The notes under the pieces: generated by a model | What the model was told of the DNA's origin: nothing | Databases searched by the model: none | Seen by the model: the letters and a program-made list of their open reading frames with translations, nothing else | Program-made: the position numbers and the translations under genes | Shown: positions 29,351-40,746 of the stretch, piece by piece | Layout: every line of letters begins with the position of its first letter | How positions within the stretch are numbered: the first letter of the stretch is position 1 | From: an uncultured bacterium | GTDB lineage: Bacteria > Krumholzibacteriota > Krumholzibacteriia > Krumholzibacteriales > Krumholzibacteriaceae | Direction of reading: 5' to 3' | Length of the DNA stretch: 64,000 bases | Assembly (NCBI GenBank): GCA_963786935.1 | Contig: CAWBAN010000001.1 | Span: 992,001-1,056,000 of the forward strand

Positions 29351-30821
29351 CGCGCCCCTCCTTCCGCCCCGCGCCGACGGCGAACCGCTCCCTGAATCGG
29401 TACATCTTCTCGAGCCCGAAGGCCCCGCGCATGAGCTTCGATTCCTGACCCCATCCGGCGACGAGCTGCATTCCGATGGGAAGCCCCTCGGGGGAAAGCC
29501 CGGCGGGAACGGATATCGCGGGGAGCCCCGCGATGTTCGCCGGCGTCGTGAAAATGTCGGAGAGATACATGGCGATCGGATCGTCGAGCCGCTCACCCAG
29601 CTTGAAGGCCGGCGTCGGGGAGGTCGGAAGCAGAATGAGGTCGAATTTCTTGAACAGCTCCTCGAACTGGGCGCAGATGAGCGCCTTCACCTGCTGGGCC
29701 TTCGAGTAATAGGCGTCGTAGTAGCCCGAGGAGAGCACGTAGGTGCCGAGCATGATCCGCCGCTTGACCTCCTCGCCGAATCCCGCGCCGCGCGTTTCGT
29801 CGTACATGTCGGCGAGAGATTTCGAGCTCGAGCGGAGGCCGTATTTGACGCCGTCATAGCGGGCGAGGTTCGAGGAGGCCTCGGCGTTGGCGAGAATGTA
29901 GTAGGTCGCGATGGACGTCTCCATCCCGGGGAGCGTCACGCCCGAGACCGGCACGGAGCTCTTTTTCAGATCGTCGATCGTGCCCTCGGCGATCGCCCGG
30001 ACCGATGCGTCCATTTCCCATTTCCCGAGCTCGGACGGGAAGGCGACCTTGAGCCCTTCGAAGCCCTTCTCGAGATCGCCGTGCAGATCGAGGGACGGTT
30101 CGGGGATCGTCGTCGCGTCGCGCTCGTCGTGCCCCGCGATCGCTTCCATCACGAGCGCGCAGTCGCGCACGTCGCGGGCGAAGGGTCCAATCTGGTCGAG
30201 GCTCGACGCGAAGGCGACGAGCCCGTAGCGCGAGACCCTCCCATAGGTGCCCTTGAGCCCCACGACGCCGCAGAGCGAGGCCGGCTGACGAATGGATCCG
30301 CCCGTGTCGGAGCCGAGAGAGGCGAGCGCCATATCGGCCGCGACGGCCGCGGCCGAGCCGCCGCTCGAGCCCCCCGGGGCGTACGCCTCGTTCCACGGAT
30401 TGCCCGTGACCTGAAACGCCGAGTTCTCGCAGGAGGAGCCCATGGCGAACTCGTCGAGGTTCGTCTTGCCGACGATCACCGCGCCCGCGGCCCTGAGTCG
30501 CTCGACGACGGTCGCGTCATACGGCGGCCGGTAGCCCTCGAGAATCTTCGAGGCGCAGGTCGTGGGGATGCCGCGCGTGCAGAGATTGTCTTTAATAGCG
30601 ACGGGGACGCCGTAGAGCGGGCGGCCGTCGTGCCCCTTCGCGTCGAGCGCCGCGGCCGCATCGAGCGCGGCATCGTTGAATACCTGAAGAAACGCGCGTA
30701 TGCGGGGCTCACGCCCGGCGATCGAGTCGAGGTACGATTGAACGACCTCGCGGACGCTCGCCTTCCGCCCGCGGTAGAGCCCTTGCAACTCGGGTATCGA
30801 ATATCGAAGAAGATCACTCAT
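29343..30821 (-). CDS. gatA: Asp/Glu-tRNA amidotransferase subunit A
   Basis: [38 protein letters not shown]. Confidence 0.97.
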
Positions 30822-30870
30822 GCGTGTTTCTCAATAGGTCATGCGAATCTCTGAATGCGGCGATGGCGCC

Positions 30871-31170
30871 TCAGAGCTCATCCGCCTCGATCACGGGAGG
30901 CACGCCGAAGAATTCCTTTTCTCTTTGCGGCGCGGCGCCGAGCACCTCTTCGCGCGGGAGGCACGGCTTCGTCGCATCCGTGCGCAGCTCCGGCTCGAAC
31001 CCGCCTACAGAGGCGCGCGGCTCGTATCCGGCCGTATCGATCGTCTGGAGCTGCTTCACGAATTCGATGATCCGCGCGAGCTGCCCGCGCAGCTTTTCGC
31101 GCGCTTCGCCGCTCAGTTTCACGCGGGCGAGCCGTTCGAGATGCTCCAATTCGCGGTCGGTCAATGACAC
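30871..31170 (-). CDS. gatC: Asp/Glu-tRNA amidotransferase subunit C
   Basis: LARVKL...LRTD...FFGVPPVI; upstream of gatA; GTG after GGAGG. Confidence 0.9.
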   Translation of the reverse strand: MSLTDRELEHLERLARVKLSGEAREKLRGQLARIIEFVKQLQTIDTAGYEPRASVGGFEPELRTDATKPCLPREEVLGAAPQREKEFFGVPPVIEADEL

Positions 31171-31206
31171 GATATGCCTCCGTAACATAGCGCTCAAGAG
31201 TGGGAT

Positions 31207-31236
31207 AGATTAGCAGGACGGGAGCGGGCGTGTCAA
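31207..31236 (-). promoter_or_regulatory. Sigma70-like promoter for gatCAB
   Basis: TTGACA-N18-TAATCT. Confidence 0.5.
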
Positions 31237-31276
31237 CAGGGGATGCTCGCCCGAACGGCGCGGCGCTCGATGCGCT

Positions 31277-33484
31277 TCACGCGAACCTGAACGGCGCGTA
31301 GGCGACGAGGAACTTCTTCTCCCCGTGGCGGGGGAAATGAACCGTGACCTTCATGTCCTTGCCGGAGCCCTCGACCTTGCGGATCGTGCCTTCCCCGTAG
31401 TTCGGATGGATCACGACCGCTCCGGGCTTGAAGCGCCTGCTCAGATACGAGCTCTCCCCCGCCGGCTTCGGAGCCTCGGCGGTCCCCGGCGCTCTGGACG
31501 TCCTCGTTCTCTCGAAGCTCTCAGGCGTCTCGAAGAGCGTCTCCCGCTCGCGCGCGATCTGCCCGGCGCGGGGCGCTTCATCCCCCCCGACGAGCTCGAG
31601 CAGGCTCTCCGGTATCTCCCCGATGAACCGCGACGGGGAGTTCCCGATCCAGCTGCCGAAGCGCATGCGGTTCGCCGCGCAAAACATGAAGAGGCGCTCC
31701 TTCGCCCGCGTGATGCCCACGTAGAAGAGCCGCCGCTCCTCCTCGAGCTCGTGAGTCGCCTCGAAGCTCGAGTAATGGGGCAGGAGCCCCTCTTCGAGCC
31801 CGGTGATGATGATCGCGCGATATTCGAGCCCCTTCGCGTTGTGGAGCGTCATGAGGGCGACCTGCTCCTCCCCCTTGAGCGTGTCGACGTCGCTCATGAG
31901 GGCGATGTTCTCGAGGAACGAGGCGAGCGTCGGCTCGCTCGCCGACGTCGAGAAGCGCTCCGTCTCGACGAGGAGCTCCTCGATGTTCTCGAGGCGCGTC
32001 TCGGCCGTTTTCGGATCCTCCTTGAGGTGATCCCGGTAGTGCGTCTTCTCGATAATGACCGACAGCACGTCGTGCGCGGTCCCCTCCCGGGCTTTGATCT
32101 GCAGCGACGAGACGAGATTCGAAAACTCCTCGAGCCGCGCGCGAAGCGCGCTCGGAAGCTCCGCGAGATGCGCCCCCTCGCGCAGCGCCGTCAGCAGGCT
32201 CCCGCCCTCCGCCGCTTCCTCGAGCTTCGCGAGCGTCACGTCCCCGATCTTCCGCCGCGGCACGTTCACGACGCGCTTGAAGTTCACGTTGTCGCTCGGG
32301 TTGTTGACGAGCTTGAGATAGCCGAGGAGATCGCGGATCTCACGGCGCTCGTAGAAGCGCACGCCGCCGATGATCTGGTACGGCATCCCGCCCGTCCGCA
32401 GCGCGTTTTCAATCGCGCGCGACTGCGCGTGCGTGCGGTAGAGCACGGCGATCTCGCTTCGCCGGTATCCCGCCCGCAGCAGATCGATTATCGTTTCCCG
32501 CACCGCCGCCCCCTCTTCCTCCTCGTCCTCCACGAAGAAGAGCTTCCCCTTCTCCCCCGCGCCCTTCGAGGACCAGAGGCGCTTCCCCTTGCGCCCCTTG
32601 TTGTGCTCGATGAGATGGTTCGCCGCGTCGAGGATCGCGTTCGTCGAGCGGTAGTTCTCCTCGAGCTTGATGACGGTCGTCCCCTCGTACACCCGGTCGA
32701 ACTGGAGAATGTTCTCGACCGTCGCGCCGCGCCAGCCGTAGATCGCCTGATCGTCGTCCCCGACGACGAAGAGGTTACGGTGCTGGGAGGCGAGCGAGTC
32801 GATCATGAGCATCTGAATCGTGTTCGTATCCTGGAACTCGTCGACGAGGACGTACTGGAACTGCCGCGCGTAGCGCTCCTTGACCTTCGGGTGCGCCGTG
32901 AAGAGCTCGACGACGCGAGCGATGAGGTCGTCGAAGTCGAGGGCGTTCGAGGCCCGCAGCCCCGCGATGTATCCCTTGTATACCTGCGCGTGCCGCTCCT
33001 CGTTCGGATCCCCGGCGCGCTCGAGCGCCTCCTCGGACGTGACGAGCCCGCTTTTCCAGCGGGAGATCCGGTCGCGCACGACGGCGACCGGATTCTCGTC
33101 GATCCCCCATCCCTTTCCCTTGATGACGTCCTTGATGAGCCGGACCGCGTCGTCCTCGTCGTAGATGGCGAAGTTCGGTTTGAAGCCGAGATGACTCGCC
33201 TCCCGGCGAAGGATCTTGAGGCCCGTCGCGTGGAAGGTCCCGATCCAGAAGGGGAGCTCGCTCCGGCCGAGGACGCGCTCGACGCGCGCGCGCATCTCGC
33301 CCGCGGCCTTGTTCGTGAAGGTGAAGGCGAGGATCCGCTCGGGCGAGATCCCCCTTTCGCGGATGAGGTGGGCGATCCGCTCGGTGAGCACGCGGGTCTT
33401 CCCGCTCCCGGCGCCCGCCAGCACGAGCACGAATCCTTCCGTGGCGAGGACCGCCTGCCGCTGCTGCGGATTGAGCGTATCCAT
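31277..33484 (-). CDS. pcrA: ATP-dependent DNA helicase PcrA/UvrD
   Basis: AGAGSGKT, DEFQDTN, GDDDQAIY, LEENYRS, TLHNAKGLE, EERRLFYVGITRA. Confidence 0.95.
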   Translation of the reverse strand: MDTLNPQQRQAVLATEGFVLVLAGAGSGKTRVLTERIAHLIRERGISPERILAFTFTNKAAGEMRARVERVLGRSELPFWIGTFHATGLKILRREASHLGFKPNFAIYDEDDAVRLIKDVIKGKGWGIDENPVAVVRDRISRWKSGLVTSEEALERAGDPNEERHAQVYKGYIAGLRASNALDFDDLIARVVELFTAHPKVKERYARQFQYVLVDEFQDTNTIQMLMIDSLASQHRNLFVVGDDDQAIYGWRGATVENILQFDRVYEGTTVIKLEENYRSTNAILDAANHLIEHNKGRKGKRLWSSKGAGEKGKLFFVEDEEEEGAAVRETIIDLLRAGYRRSEIAVLYRTHAQSRAIENALRTGGMPYQIIGGVRFYERREIRDLLGYLKLVNNPSDNVNFKRVVNVPRRKIGDVTLAKLEEAAEGGSLLTALREGAHLAELPSALRARLEEFSNLVSSLQIKAREGTAHDVLSVIIEKTHYRDHLKEDPKTAETRLENIEELLVETERFSTSASEPTLASFLENIALMSDVDTLKGEEQVALMTLHNAKGLEYRAIIITGLEEGLLPHYSSFEATHELEEERRLFYVGITRAKERLFMFCAANRMRFGSWIGNSPSRFIGEIPESLLELVGGDEAPRAGQIARERETLFETPESFERTRTSRAPGTAEAPKPAGESSYLSRRFKPGAVVIHPNYGEGTIRKVEGSGKDMKVTVHFPRHGEKKFLVAYAPFRFA

Positions 33485-36400
33485 CAGAATTGAGGTCCGA
33501 TGTAGAAGTAGTACTCGGCGTTGCCGGTGTGCGAGAAATCGGTCGGCCAGCCGAACTGGAAATTCAGGATGAAATAGCCGAACCCCATGTAGAACCCGAC
33601 GCCGAAATCGCTGTAGAACGCGAGATCGTTAATGTACCGGGGTTCCAGCCAGCGGGGGAGCGGCTCGACGTACATATGCTGTCCCCAGACCGACCCGGAA
33701 TCGAAGAACAGCGTGCCCCCGATGTTCTGGATCCCCCAGCGCCCGGGCCAGCCGAATATCAAGGCGTCGACGAGCGGGTAGCGGTATTCGACGTTGAAGA
33801 GCAGCATCCGGGAGCCGCTGAACTGGAGATAGTCGTACCCCCGCATCGTGAGCGGACCGCCGAGGAAAAAGACCTGGGGATCGTTTCCGAGACTCATCGC
33901 CGCGATGCCGCGAATGGCCAGGTAATTCCGGTAGAACACGGGGAAATACCTCCGATAGTCGGCGAAGAACGTCGTCCGGGAGACGGATTGCCCCGTGACG
34001 GGAACCGCCTGCGAGGTGCTGAAGAGCCAGCGCGAGCCGATCACGGGACCGAACGAGCCGAAGTACGCCGAATCGTGCACGAACGACAGCGTCGGCTGCA
34101 GGAAATACCGCTTCGATTTCTGCGGGACGTAATATTGATACCCCGTGCCCTCCTCGACGTAGGTGGCGTAGAATTCACGCTCCGAGATGAATGCCTGAAG
34201 CTCGAGATCGGCCCGCGTGAAGGTCGAGAAGGGATAGCTCGTCATCGCGAACACGCCGTAGTTCCGCTCGGTGAAGAGCTGATAATCGAGGAACGTCTCG
34301 CCGATCGAGGTGACGCGGGAGTTCATGTAGTTCTTGAACTGGAACGCGCCGATACCGTAATCGAGCCGGTCCTTGAGCCGGCTGTACATGACGAGCACGT
34401 CGCTGTCCTCGATCGTACGGATAAAATTGAACGCGACGAGCAGATGATGGTCGCCGAGCAGATCGCTGAACGCCATCTGATTGTACAGCTGGAATCCGAA
34501 TCCCGTCGAGTATCCGATTCCCATCGTGTTGCCGACGTAGTCGGCGCTGAGACCGGCGTGGTATCGCTGGATCGCGCCGACCTGCTTCGTGATGCGCGCC
34601 CGTATCGCCGTGAGCGTATCGGGATCGATGTTCTCTTTCGTATCTTCGTCCACGGCGACCGCCGGGATCTCCTCCGCGGGGAAGCCCGCGACGCCCATCC
34701 CGATCGGCGGAGGCTCGCCGAGCGCCGTTTTCGTAGCCTCCACGGCGACGCCGCCATGGAGGCCGCCCGACGATTCGTGCGCGGCCACGCCCGCCGGCGG
34801 GCGCAGCGTATCGGCCGCGGCGCGCTCCACGTATGCCGTGTCCGGGGGCGCGGCCGCCGTATCGGGCGGCGCCTCGCTCGCGGCGAGCTCTTCCACGAAC
34901 GGCCCGCCGGTCGAATACGAGGTCCTGGACCGCTCGGCGAAGCCGTCCATCGCGAAGAGATCGAACCCGCCCGCGTTGAATCCGCTGTATATGAGGCGGT
35001 CCCCCGCGCTCGAGTGCGCGAACGAGTTGACACCGCCGAGCAGATCGGTGAACCGGAAGTAGCTGCCGACCTCGACGCTTCCCCGGTACAGGTTGGCGAT
35101 GCCCTCCTCGTCCGACGTGAACACGATCTCTTCCCCGCCCGCGATTACGGCCGGATTGTTGTCGTTTCCGGACGTCCGGATGACGAGACGCCGCTCGCCG
35201 GTTGCGATGTCGAGGCTCCAGATATCGCTGTCGACCGGGCGCACGTTTTCCGGATCGGTGAAGTCGAAGCCCGACAGCCGGACGACGCCGGCGCTGTCGG
35301 GAGCGAAGACGGGCTGGAGCGCGGTCGCGGCGGTGCGGGAGTAGACGATCCGCGAGCCGTCGGGGAACCACGAGGGCGTGTCCTCGTCGTCGGCGTCCTC
35401 CGTGAGCCGCGTGAGCTTCGCCGCGGCGAGATCGTAGAGATAGAGATCGGTCTGCCCCTTGACGACGCCGACGAGGGCGATCACGTCCGCCGTCGGAGAC
35501 CACACCGGGCTGATAAAGAAATCGAGAGGCATCTCGATTTCTTTGAGCACTTTGCCCTTCGGTACGCTCACGACGAAGAGCCGGTCGAAGCCGTGGGACT
35601 TCGCCACGAAGGCGATCCGCGAGCCGTCGCGGCTGAAGGTCAGATTCGAGTTCATGCTCCGGATCGACTCGAACCTCGTCGACATCATCCCCGACACGAG
35701 ACGCTTCTCGACGCGGCCGGTCACGGCGTCCATGAGATAGATCCCGTCGAGCCCCTTGAGGTCGGAGAAGTAGACGAGGCGCTGCCCGTCCGGCGAAAAC
35801 GCCGGCCGCATATTCATGCCGTGGTGCTTCTTCACGTGGTCGGTCAGGCGCCTCCCGTATGCCTCGGGCTCCTTTTTGTCCACGTAGAGCGGCCAGTAGC
35901 GCCTCCGCATCGATTTTTTCCAGTCGCGGCTCAGCTCCTCCGACGTGATGCCGAGCGAGTTCTCGAGCGCCAGGCCGATCGATCCGCGCTGATTGCGGAC
36001 GGCGTCCATGATCTCGAGCACCTTGCCGGGGCCGTACGTTTCGTTCAGGTAATAAATGGCGGACTGGCCCGATTTGTACGCCATGTAGCCGTAGGTGTAA
36101 TCGAGGTCGGTCAGATAGTCGAAAACCGCCGCGTCGCGCACGAACATCTCGCCCCCGGCGTCGTATCCCGACGAATAGTACTCGGCCAGCCCTTCCATGA
36201 ACCACAGCGGGATCGGGAAGAGCATGCTGCGCGAGAAGACCGATCTGAGGAGCGTGCCGTAGATGATGTCGTAGCTGAAGATGTGCACGAGCTCGTGCAC
36301 GGCGGTGTGCGCGTAGTCCGCGTTCGCGCCTCCGAAATGGAGCACCATGCGCTTCCGCATCGGCTCGGCGAACGCCTGCACCCCCTCGGGAATGAGGTCG

Positions 36401-36729
36401 CCGATGACGTTCGTCTGCTGGAAATCGGAGTGGCTCCCGTAGATGATGACGGGGATCCGCCACGCGACCCGATGCGACATGTCGTTCGACAGCTTGATGT
36501 ACCCGGCTTCGAGAATGACCCCCGTGCGGGCCGCGAGATCGCGATAGCCGCCCGGGAAATTGATGTCGAAATGGGGCGTCCTGAGGAGGAACCACTCGAA
36601 TTTCTTGAGCTGGACCTTGTTCCTGCCGAAGGAATCCTGCGCGACGGCGCTCGCCGCGCATGCGGCGACGCACGCGAAGACGATCGCTCCGACCGCCGCC
36701 CTCGTGATTCCGTTCCGCTTCACGTTCAC
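33484..36729 (-). CDS. Omp85-family outer membrane protein with N-terminal zincin-like domain and TolB-like beta-propeller
   Basis: Signal peptide, FGRNKVQ, HELVH and PLWFMEGLAEY, repeated P(A/S/V)(F/W)SP units, barrel MRGY and EYRYPL, terminal Phe. Confidence 0.82.
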   Translation of the reverse strand: MNVKRNGITRAAVGAIVFACVAACAASAVAQDSFGRNKVQLKKFEWFLLRTPHFDINFPGGYRDLAARTGVILEAGYIKLSNDMSHRVAWRIPVIIYGSHSDFQQTNVIGDLIPEGVQAFAEPMRKRMVLHFGGANADYAHTAVHELVHIFSYDIIYGTLLRSVFSRSMLFPIPLWFMEGLAEYYSSGYDAGGEMFVRDAAVFDYLTDLDYTYGYMAYKSGQSAIYYLNETYGPGKVLEIMDAVRNQRGSIGLALENSLGITSEELSRDWKKSMRRRYWPLYVDKKEPEAYGRRLTDHVKKHHGMNMRPAFSPDGQRLVYFSDLKGLDGIYLMDAVTGRVEKRLVSGMMSTRFESIRSMNSNLTFSRDGSRIAFVAKSHGFDRLFVVSVPKGKVLKEIEMPLDFFISPVWSPTADVIALVGVVKGQTDLYLYDLAAAKLTRLTEDADDEDTPSWFPDGSRIVYSRTAATALQPVFAPDSAGVVRLSGFDFTDPENVRPVDSDIWSLDIATGERRLVIRTSGNDNNPAVIAGGEEIVFTSDEEGIANLYRGSVEVGSYFRFTDLLGGVNSFAHSSAGDRLIYSGFNAGGFDLFAMDGFAERSRTSYSTGGPFVEELAASEAPPDTAAAPPDTAYVERAAADTLRPPAGVAAHESSGGLHGGVAVEATKTALGEPPPIGMGVAGFPAEEIPAVAVDEDTKENIDPDTLTAIRARITKQVGAIQRYHAGLSADYVGNTMGIGYSTGFGFQLYNQMAFSDLLGDHHLLVAFNFIRTIEDSDVLVMYSRLKDRLDYGIGAFQFKNYMNSRVTSIGETFLDYQLFTERNYGVFAMTSYPFSTFTRADLELQAFISEREFYATYVEEGTGYQYYVPQKSKRYFLQPTLSFVHDSAYFGSFGPVIGSRWLFSTSQAVPVTGQSVSRTTFFADYRRYFPVFYRNYLAIRGIAAMSLGNDPQVFFLGGPLTMRGYDYLQFSGSRMLLFNVEYRYPLVDALIFGWPGRWGIQNIGGTLFFDSGSVWGQHMYVEPLPRWLEPRYINDLAFYSDFGVGFYMGFGYFILNFQFGWPTDFSHTGNAEYYFYIGPQF

Positions 36730-36819
36730 GCCTTTCCCCTCACGTTCACGCCGTCGTTAACATTCGCCCGACACTATAAAATTCGCGCATACCTGATGCG
36801 ACCGCAAGCCCTTTTCTCC

Positions 36820-39800
36820 TCAATACTCCCACCGGAGCTTGAGATCGACGTTGATCTCCTCCGTGGTTCTCGGAATGTTGCCCTGGATGGCTTTCTCCGA
36901 ATATCGCAGCACTTCCGAGCGGATGAGGAACAGGTTGCTGATACGGTACTCGACCTCGATCTGCATGGCCGACGTGATCGAGAGCCCCTGCTTGTATTTC
37001 ACGTAGAGCCCCTGCGAAAGGTATTTCCCGATCGCGATCTTCGTGTCGCGGTAGTCCACGGTTCCGGCGGCGTCCCCCGTTCCGCGGCCCGCCTCGACCT
37101 CAATCGTGATCCCTTCCATCTGGGAGTTGAGCACGCGCTCGAGGTAGTTGGCGGCGAGGTTCTGCGCGGTGCCCTGCGCGTCCCAGCTCGTCTGATCCCC
37201 CCCCGCGACGACGACGCCGCCGCCGAGCATCTTCCAGATGTCCGTTTCGCTGTAGCCGGGATCCTGGTGACGGAGCGAGAGGCGCGGCTCGAGATCGTCC
37301 TGATGCCACTGGAGCGTGAGATAGATGCTCCGTCCTTCCGGATCCTTCGTTTCCGCTTCGATATCGACGACGGGGCGAAAGCTCCCCGCGTACACGAACT
37401 GCAGCTTCCCGGAGGTGATGCGGAATTTGTTGCCGTAGACGTTATACCAGCCGCGCACGAGGTTGAGCTCCCCGCGGAGGTACGTCCCCTTCCCGTCGTG
37501 GCGGAGCGTCACGTCACCCTGGAGCTCGACGCGTGCGTCCGGCGTGCGAATCCACGTGTTGCCGGGAATCTCGAGATCGACCGCGGCGATATACGAGGGG
37601 AGCTCGATGGTGCCGGCTTCGGGGGAGCCGGAAAAGCTGCCGAGGTCGTACGACACCTCCGATTCGTCGATCCTGCATGAACCGGTGATCTCGGGAAGCA
37701 CCCGCCCGTCCTCGATTCCGGTGCCGATGCGCACGTTGCCGCTCACGGACGCGATGATATCCGAGAGGCTCGCGATCACGAACTTGTTCAAATCGCACGA
37801 GACGCGGTATTCGGCCGGTCTCCATCCCCTGAGCGAGATCGTGCCGGAGCAGCCGACCGTCCCCTTCTTTCCCTCGCGGCCCGCGAATCGCGCGATGGTG
37901 ATGAGCGTATCCGCTATCGTGACGGCCGCGTTGACCTGCTCGTACCGCTCCTCCATTCCGGAGAGCCGGAAGCTCGCGTCTCGAAGCGCGCACTCCCCGT
38001 TGAGATGGGGCGAGGCGATCGAGCCCGAAACGACGAGCCGCCCCGAGAAGCGTCCCGCCGCGTCCGCGACCAGATCCGTCACGCCTGGCATGACCGCGAG
38101 GTCCCCCTCGGGAATATCGAGGGCGAACTCGACGGGACGCGCGCGATCGAGCGAATAGAGAAAGCGGGCCTGCTCGAGCGGCACGCTCCCGTGGAACGAT
38201 CCCTGATGCGCCGGCGAGATGTTGAGATACCCGCCGACGGACAGCCGATCGCGATCGACCCGAACGTCGCAATCGACGGACGGGATCGTGAACGATGAAA
38301 CGGACAGCCGATCGATCCTGCCGGTCAGGGAAACGAGCGGATGCGCGAGGGAATCGGTGATCGATACCGCGCCGCTGAGGCGCCCGCCGGAGAGGCCCTT
38401 GACGCCGGCGAGAGACAGGAGCGGTACGAGGTCGAGATTCCTGCACGAGGACTCGATGGCGACGCTCGCCTGCTTGAGCGCGCCGCCGGCGTCCTTGATC
38501 CACTCGCGCACGGGCATCCCCGAAATCCGACCCCCGAGGGTCAGGGAGCCCGACGGGGAGCCGATGACGAGCGAATCGATCACGGAGACGCCGCGCGCGT
38601 AATCTGCCCGCAGACGGAGCGTGTCGACGGCGAAGGTGTCGATGCGGCCCCCCTCCACCGTGAGATCGATCTCGAGATCCGGATCGGTGTACGAACCGGA
38701 GCACCGGATCTCGCCGCGCGCCCTGCCGCCGAGCGGTGTCGTCCGGAATCCGCCGCGATTGAGCAGATCGAGCCCGAGGCGCTCGAAGGCGAAGCGTCCC
38801 CGGGCCGTCTTCGACGCGCGTCCGATCGCGCCGTCGACATACGCGGCCCCCGCGCGGGAATGGAGCTGGATGTCGTCGAAACGGAGCGCGGTGTCCGCGA
38901 TGACGACGGTGAAGGCCCCTCCCCCGATCCACGTTTCGCCGAGGGCGTCGATGGTGCATTCCTTGAATTGCACCGTCGCCTCGGTGCCCTTCGTCGCGAT
39001 ATCGGCGGCGACGGCGGCCCGGAAATCGTCACGCGACAGACTGAGCCGCTTGATCGTCCCCGCCGTGCCGTGGAAATCGAGCGAGAGGGAAAGCCCCGTG
39101 AATTCCGCCGGCCCGATCCGGCACCCGGGACCCTCGATGTCGAACTGAACGGTGTAATCGGCGTTTTTCCCGACGGCGATCTTCACGGCGCCCACCGGGA
39201 CGAACGCGCCGTGATAGGCCAGATTGCCGCAGGAGCCGCTCATCCGGAGATCCCATTCGTCGAGCGTTCCTTCCCACCGGCCGTTCAAGACGGCGTCCGC
39301 GCGATATTCCTCGATGCCGAAGTACGGGAAGATCGTGTCGTTCGCCGTGCATTCGATGTCGAACATGAACGATACTTCGTCGTCGCCGATGACGGTGCCG
39401 CGCGCCGACAGCGTGCGGGTGGAATCGGAGATGAGGATCTCGTCGAGGCGCAGCGTATCGTCCGCGTAGGAGCCCCGCACGCTCCCCCCGGCGAACGGAA
39501 ATCCGAGGAAATCCCCCTCGTCGAGATCGACCGCGAAGGAGAGCGCCTCGTCCGGTATCCGGTACTTGAGGTCCACCGCGCCGGTGACCGCCGTCTCGGG
39601 AAGCTTCGTTCCCGGCACGAACCCCCTGCTGAGATCGAGCCCGCGCACGTCGAGATCGAGATCGAGCGTCGCGGGCTCCGCGAGCGAGTACGATCCGCTC
39701 CCGTCGACACGGGCGCCGTTGACGGCGCCGCGCAGGCTGTCGAGGCGGATGGTATCCCCGTCGCGGAACACGCTGATCGCGAATTCGCTCAGGGCGTAGC

Positions 39801-40725
39801 CCGAGAGCACGCCGTTCACGACCCCGTCGAGCCGAAACCGGCCGACGGTTCCCCTCGCGGCGAGCGAACCTTTGAAATCGCCGTAATGGGACGTCTCGAT
39901 CTGGAGAATGCGCGTTATCTCCGTGACGTTGATCGGATCGGCCTCGATGGCGAGATCGAACTGACGGAACGACGGAACGATCGTTCCGCTCACCTCGAAC
40001 GCCGATTCGTCGAGAACGACGTCGAGGCTGTCCAGAGCGATCCGCGGAACGTCCGACGCCGCGGCGCCCGGCGTCCGCGGCTCCTGAATGAACGCGACGA
40101 TCCCCTTGAGGCTCCGCAGGGAAAAGGCACGGCCCGAACCCTCGGCCGATCCCTGCGCGATGGCGACGCGGAGCTCGGTCGCGCGGCTCCGGATCGAGCC
40201 GGCGAGGTTCAGATCGTCGAGCGCGTCCCCCTTCGACGCCCCCTGCACGATGACGTGGGCGTTCTCGATCGTGAACAGATCGATGTCGAGCGACGGCCAC
40301 TCGCCCTTCCCCGCGCCGAAGGACGGCACGATGAGGGCGCCCTTCGAATCGGTCTTGAGACGGAGCACGGGATTGGTGAGCGAGAATCCCCGGATCTCCC
40401 GCGCGCGCTTCACGAGGGTCCCGACCCCGTATCTGACCGAGATCTCGTCCGCGCGGAAAAGGTCGAACGCCCCCTCGGAACCGGTGTAGCGCACCTTCAC
40501 GCCCCGGAGCGTCAGATCCTGGAGGTAGCTTCCCTCGATGCGCTCGATCGTGAGAACGAAGGGGGTCCCCTCGAGGAAACGGTTCGAGACGATCCTGCCG
40601 ATGCCGCCGGCGAAGAAGCTCGTCCGAACCGCGAAGAAGACGGCGGCGCACGCGACGAGTATGACGGCGAGGCCGATCGTGAGCTTCCGTATCGGATGCG
40701 CGCGCGGCGCGTCGTTCTCGTTCAC
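36820..40725 (-). CDS. tamB: Translocation/assembly module TamB-like protein
   Basis: N-terminal TM anchor, long beta-rich body, DUF490-like C-terminus (IGKYLSQGLYVKY...LKLRWEY); adjacent to TamA. Confidence 0.8.
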   Translation of the reverse strand: MNENDAPRAHPIRKLTIGLAVILVACAAVFFAVRTSFFAGGIGRIVSNRFLEGTPFVLTIERIEGSYLQDLTLRGVKVRYTGSEGAFDLFRADEISVRYGVGTLVKRAREIRGFSLTNPVLRLKTDSKGALIVPSFGAGKGEWPSLDIDLFTIENAHVIVQGASKGDALDDLNLAGSIRSRATELRVAIAQGSAEGSGRAFSLRSLKGIVAFIQEPRTPGAAASDVPRIALDSLDVVLDESAFEVSGTIVPSFRQFDLAIEADPINVTEITRILQIETSHYGDFKGSLAARGTVGRFRLDGVVNGVLSGYALSEFAISVFRDGDTIRLDSLRGAVNGARVDGSGSYSLAEPATLDLDLDVRGLDLSRGFVPGTKLPETAVTGAVDLKYRIPDEALSFAVDLDEGDFLGFPFAGGSVRGSYADDTLRLDEILISDSTRTLSARGTVIGDDEVSFMFDIECTANDTIFPYFGIEEYRADAVLNGRWEGTLDEWDLRMSGSCGNLAYHGAFVPVGAVKIAVGKNADYTVQFDIEGPGCRIGPAEFTGLSLSLDFHGTAGTIKRLSLSRDDFRAAVAADIATKGTEATVQFKECTIDALGETWIGGGAFTVVIADTALRFDDIQLHSRAGAAYVDGAIGRASKTARGRFAFERLGLDLLNRGGFRTTPLGGRARGEIRCSGSYTDPDLEIDLTVEGGRIDTFAVDTLRLRADYARGVSVIDSLVIGSPSGSLTLGGRISGMPVREWIKDAGGALKQASVAIESSCRNLDLVPLLSLAGVKGLSGGRLSGAVSITDSLAHPLVSLTGRIDRLSVSSFTIPSVDCDVRVDRDRLSVGGYLNISPAHQGSFHGSVPLEQARFLYSLDRARPVEFALDIPEGDLAVMPGVTDLVADAAGRFSGRLVVSGSIASPHLNGECALRDASFRLSGMEERYEQVNAAVTIADTLITIARFAGREGKKGTVGCSGTISLRGWRPAEYRVSCDLNKFVIASLSDIIASVSGNVRIGTGIEDGRVLPEITGSCRIDESEVSYDLGSFSGSPEAGTIELPSYIAAVDLEIPGNTWIRTPDARVELQGDVTLRHDGKGTYLRGELNLVRGWYNVYGNKFRITSGKLQFVYAGSFRPVVDIEAETKDPEGRSIYLTLQWHQDDLEPRLSLRHQDPGYSETDIWKMLGGGVVVAGGDQTSWDAQGTAQNLAANYLERVLNSQMEGITIEVEAGRGTGDAAGTVDYRDTKIAIGKYLSQGLYVKYKQGLSITSAMQIEVEYRISNLFLIRSEVLRYSEKAIQGNIPRTTEEINVDLKLRWEY

Positions 40726-40746
40726 GATCGATCCCTCCTCCCGGCG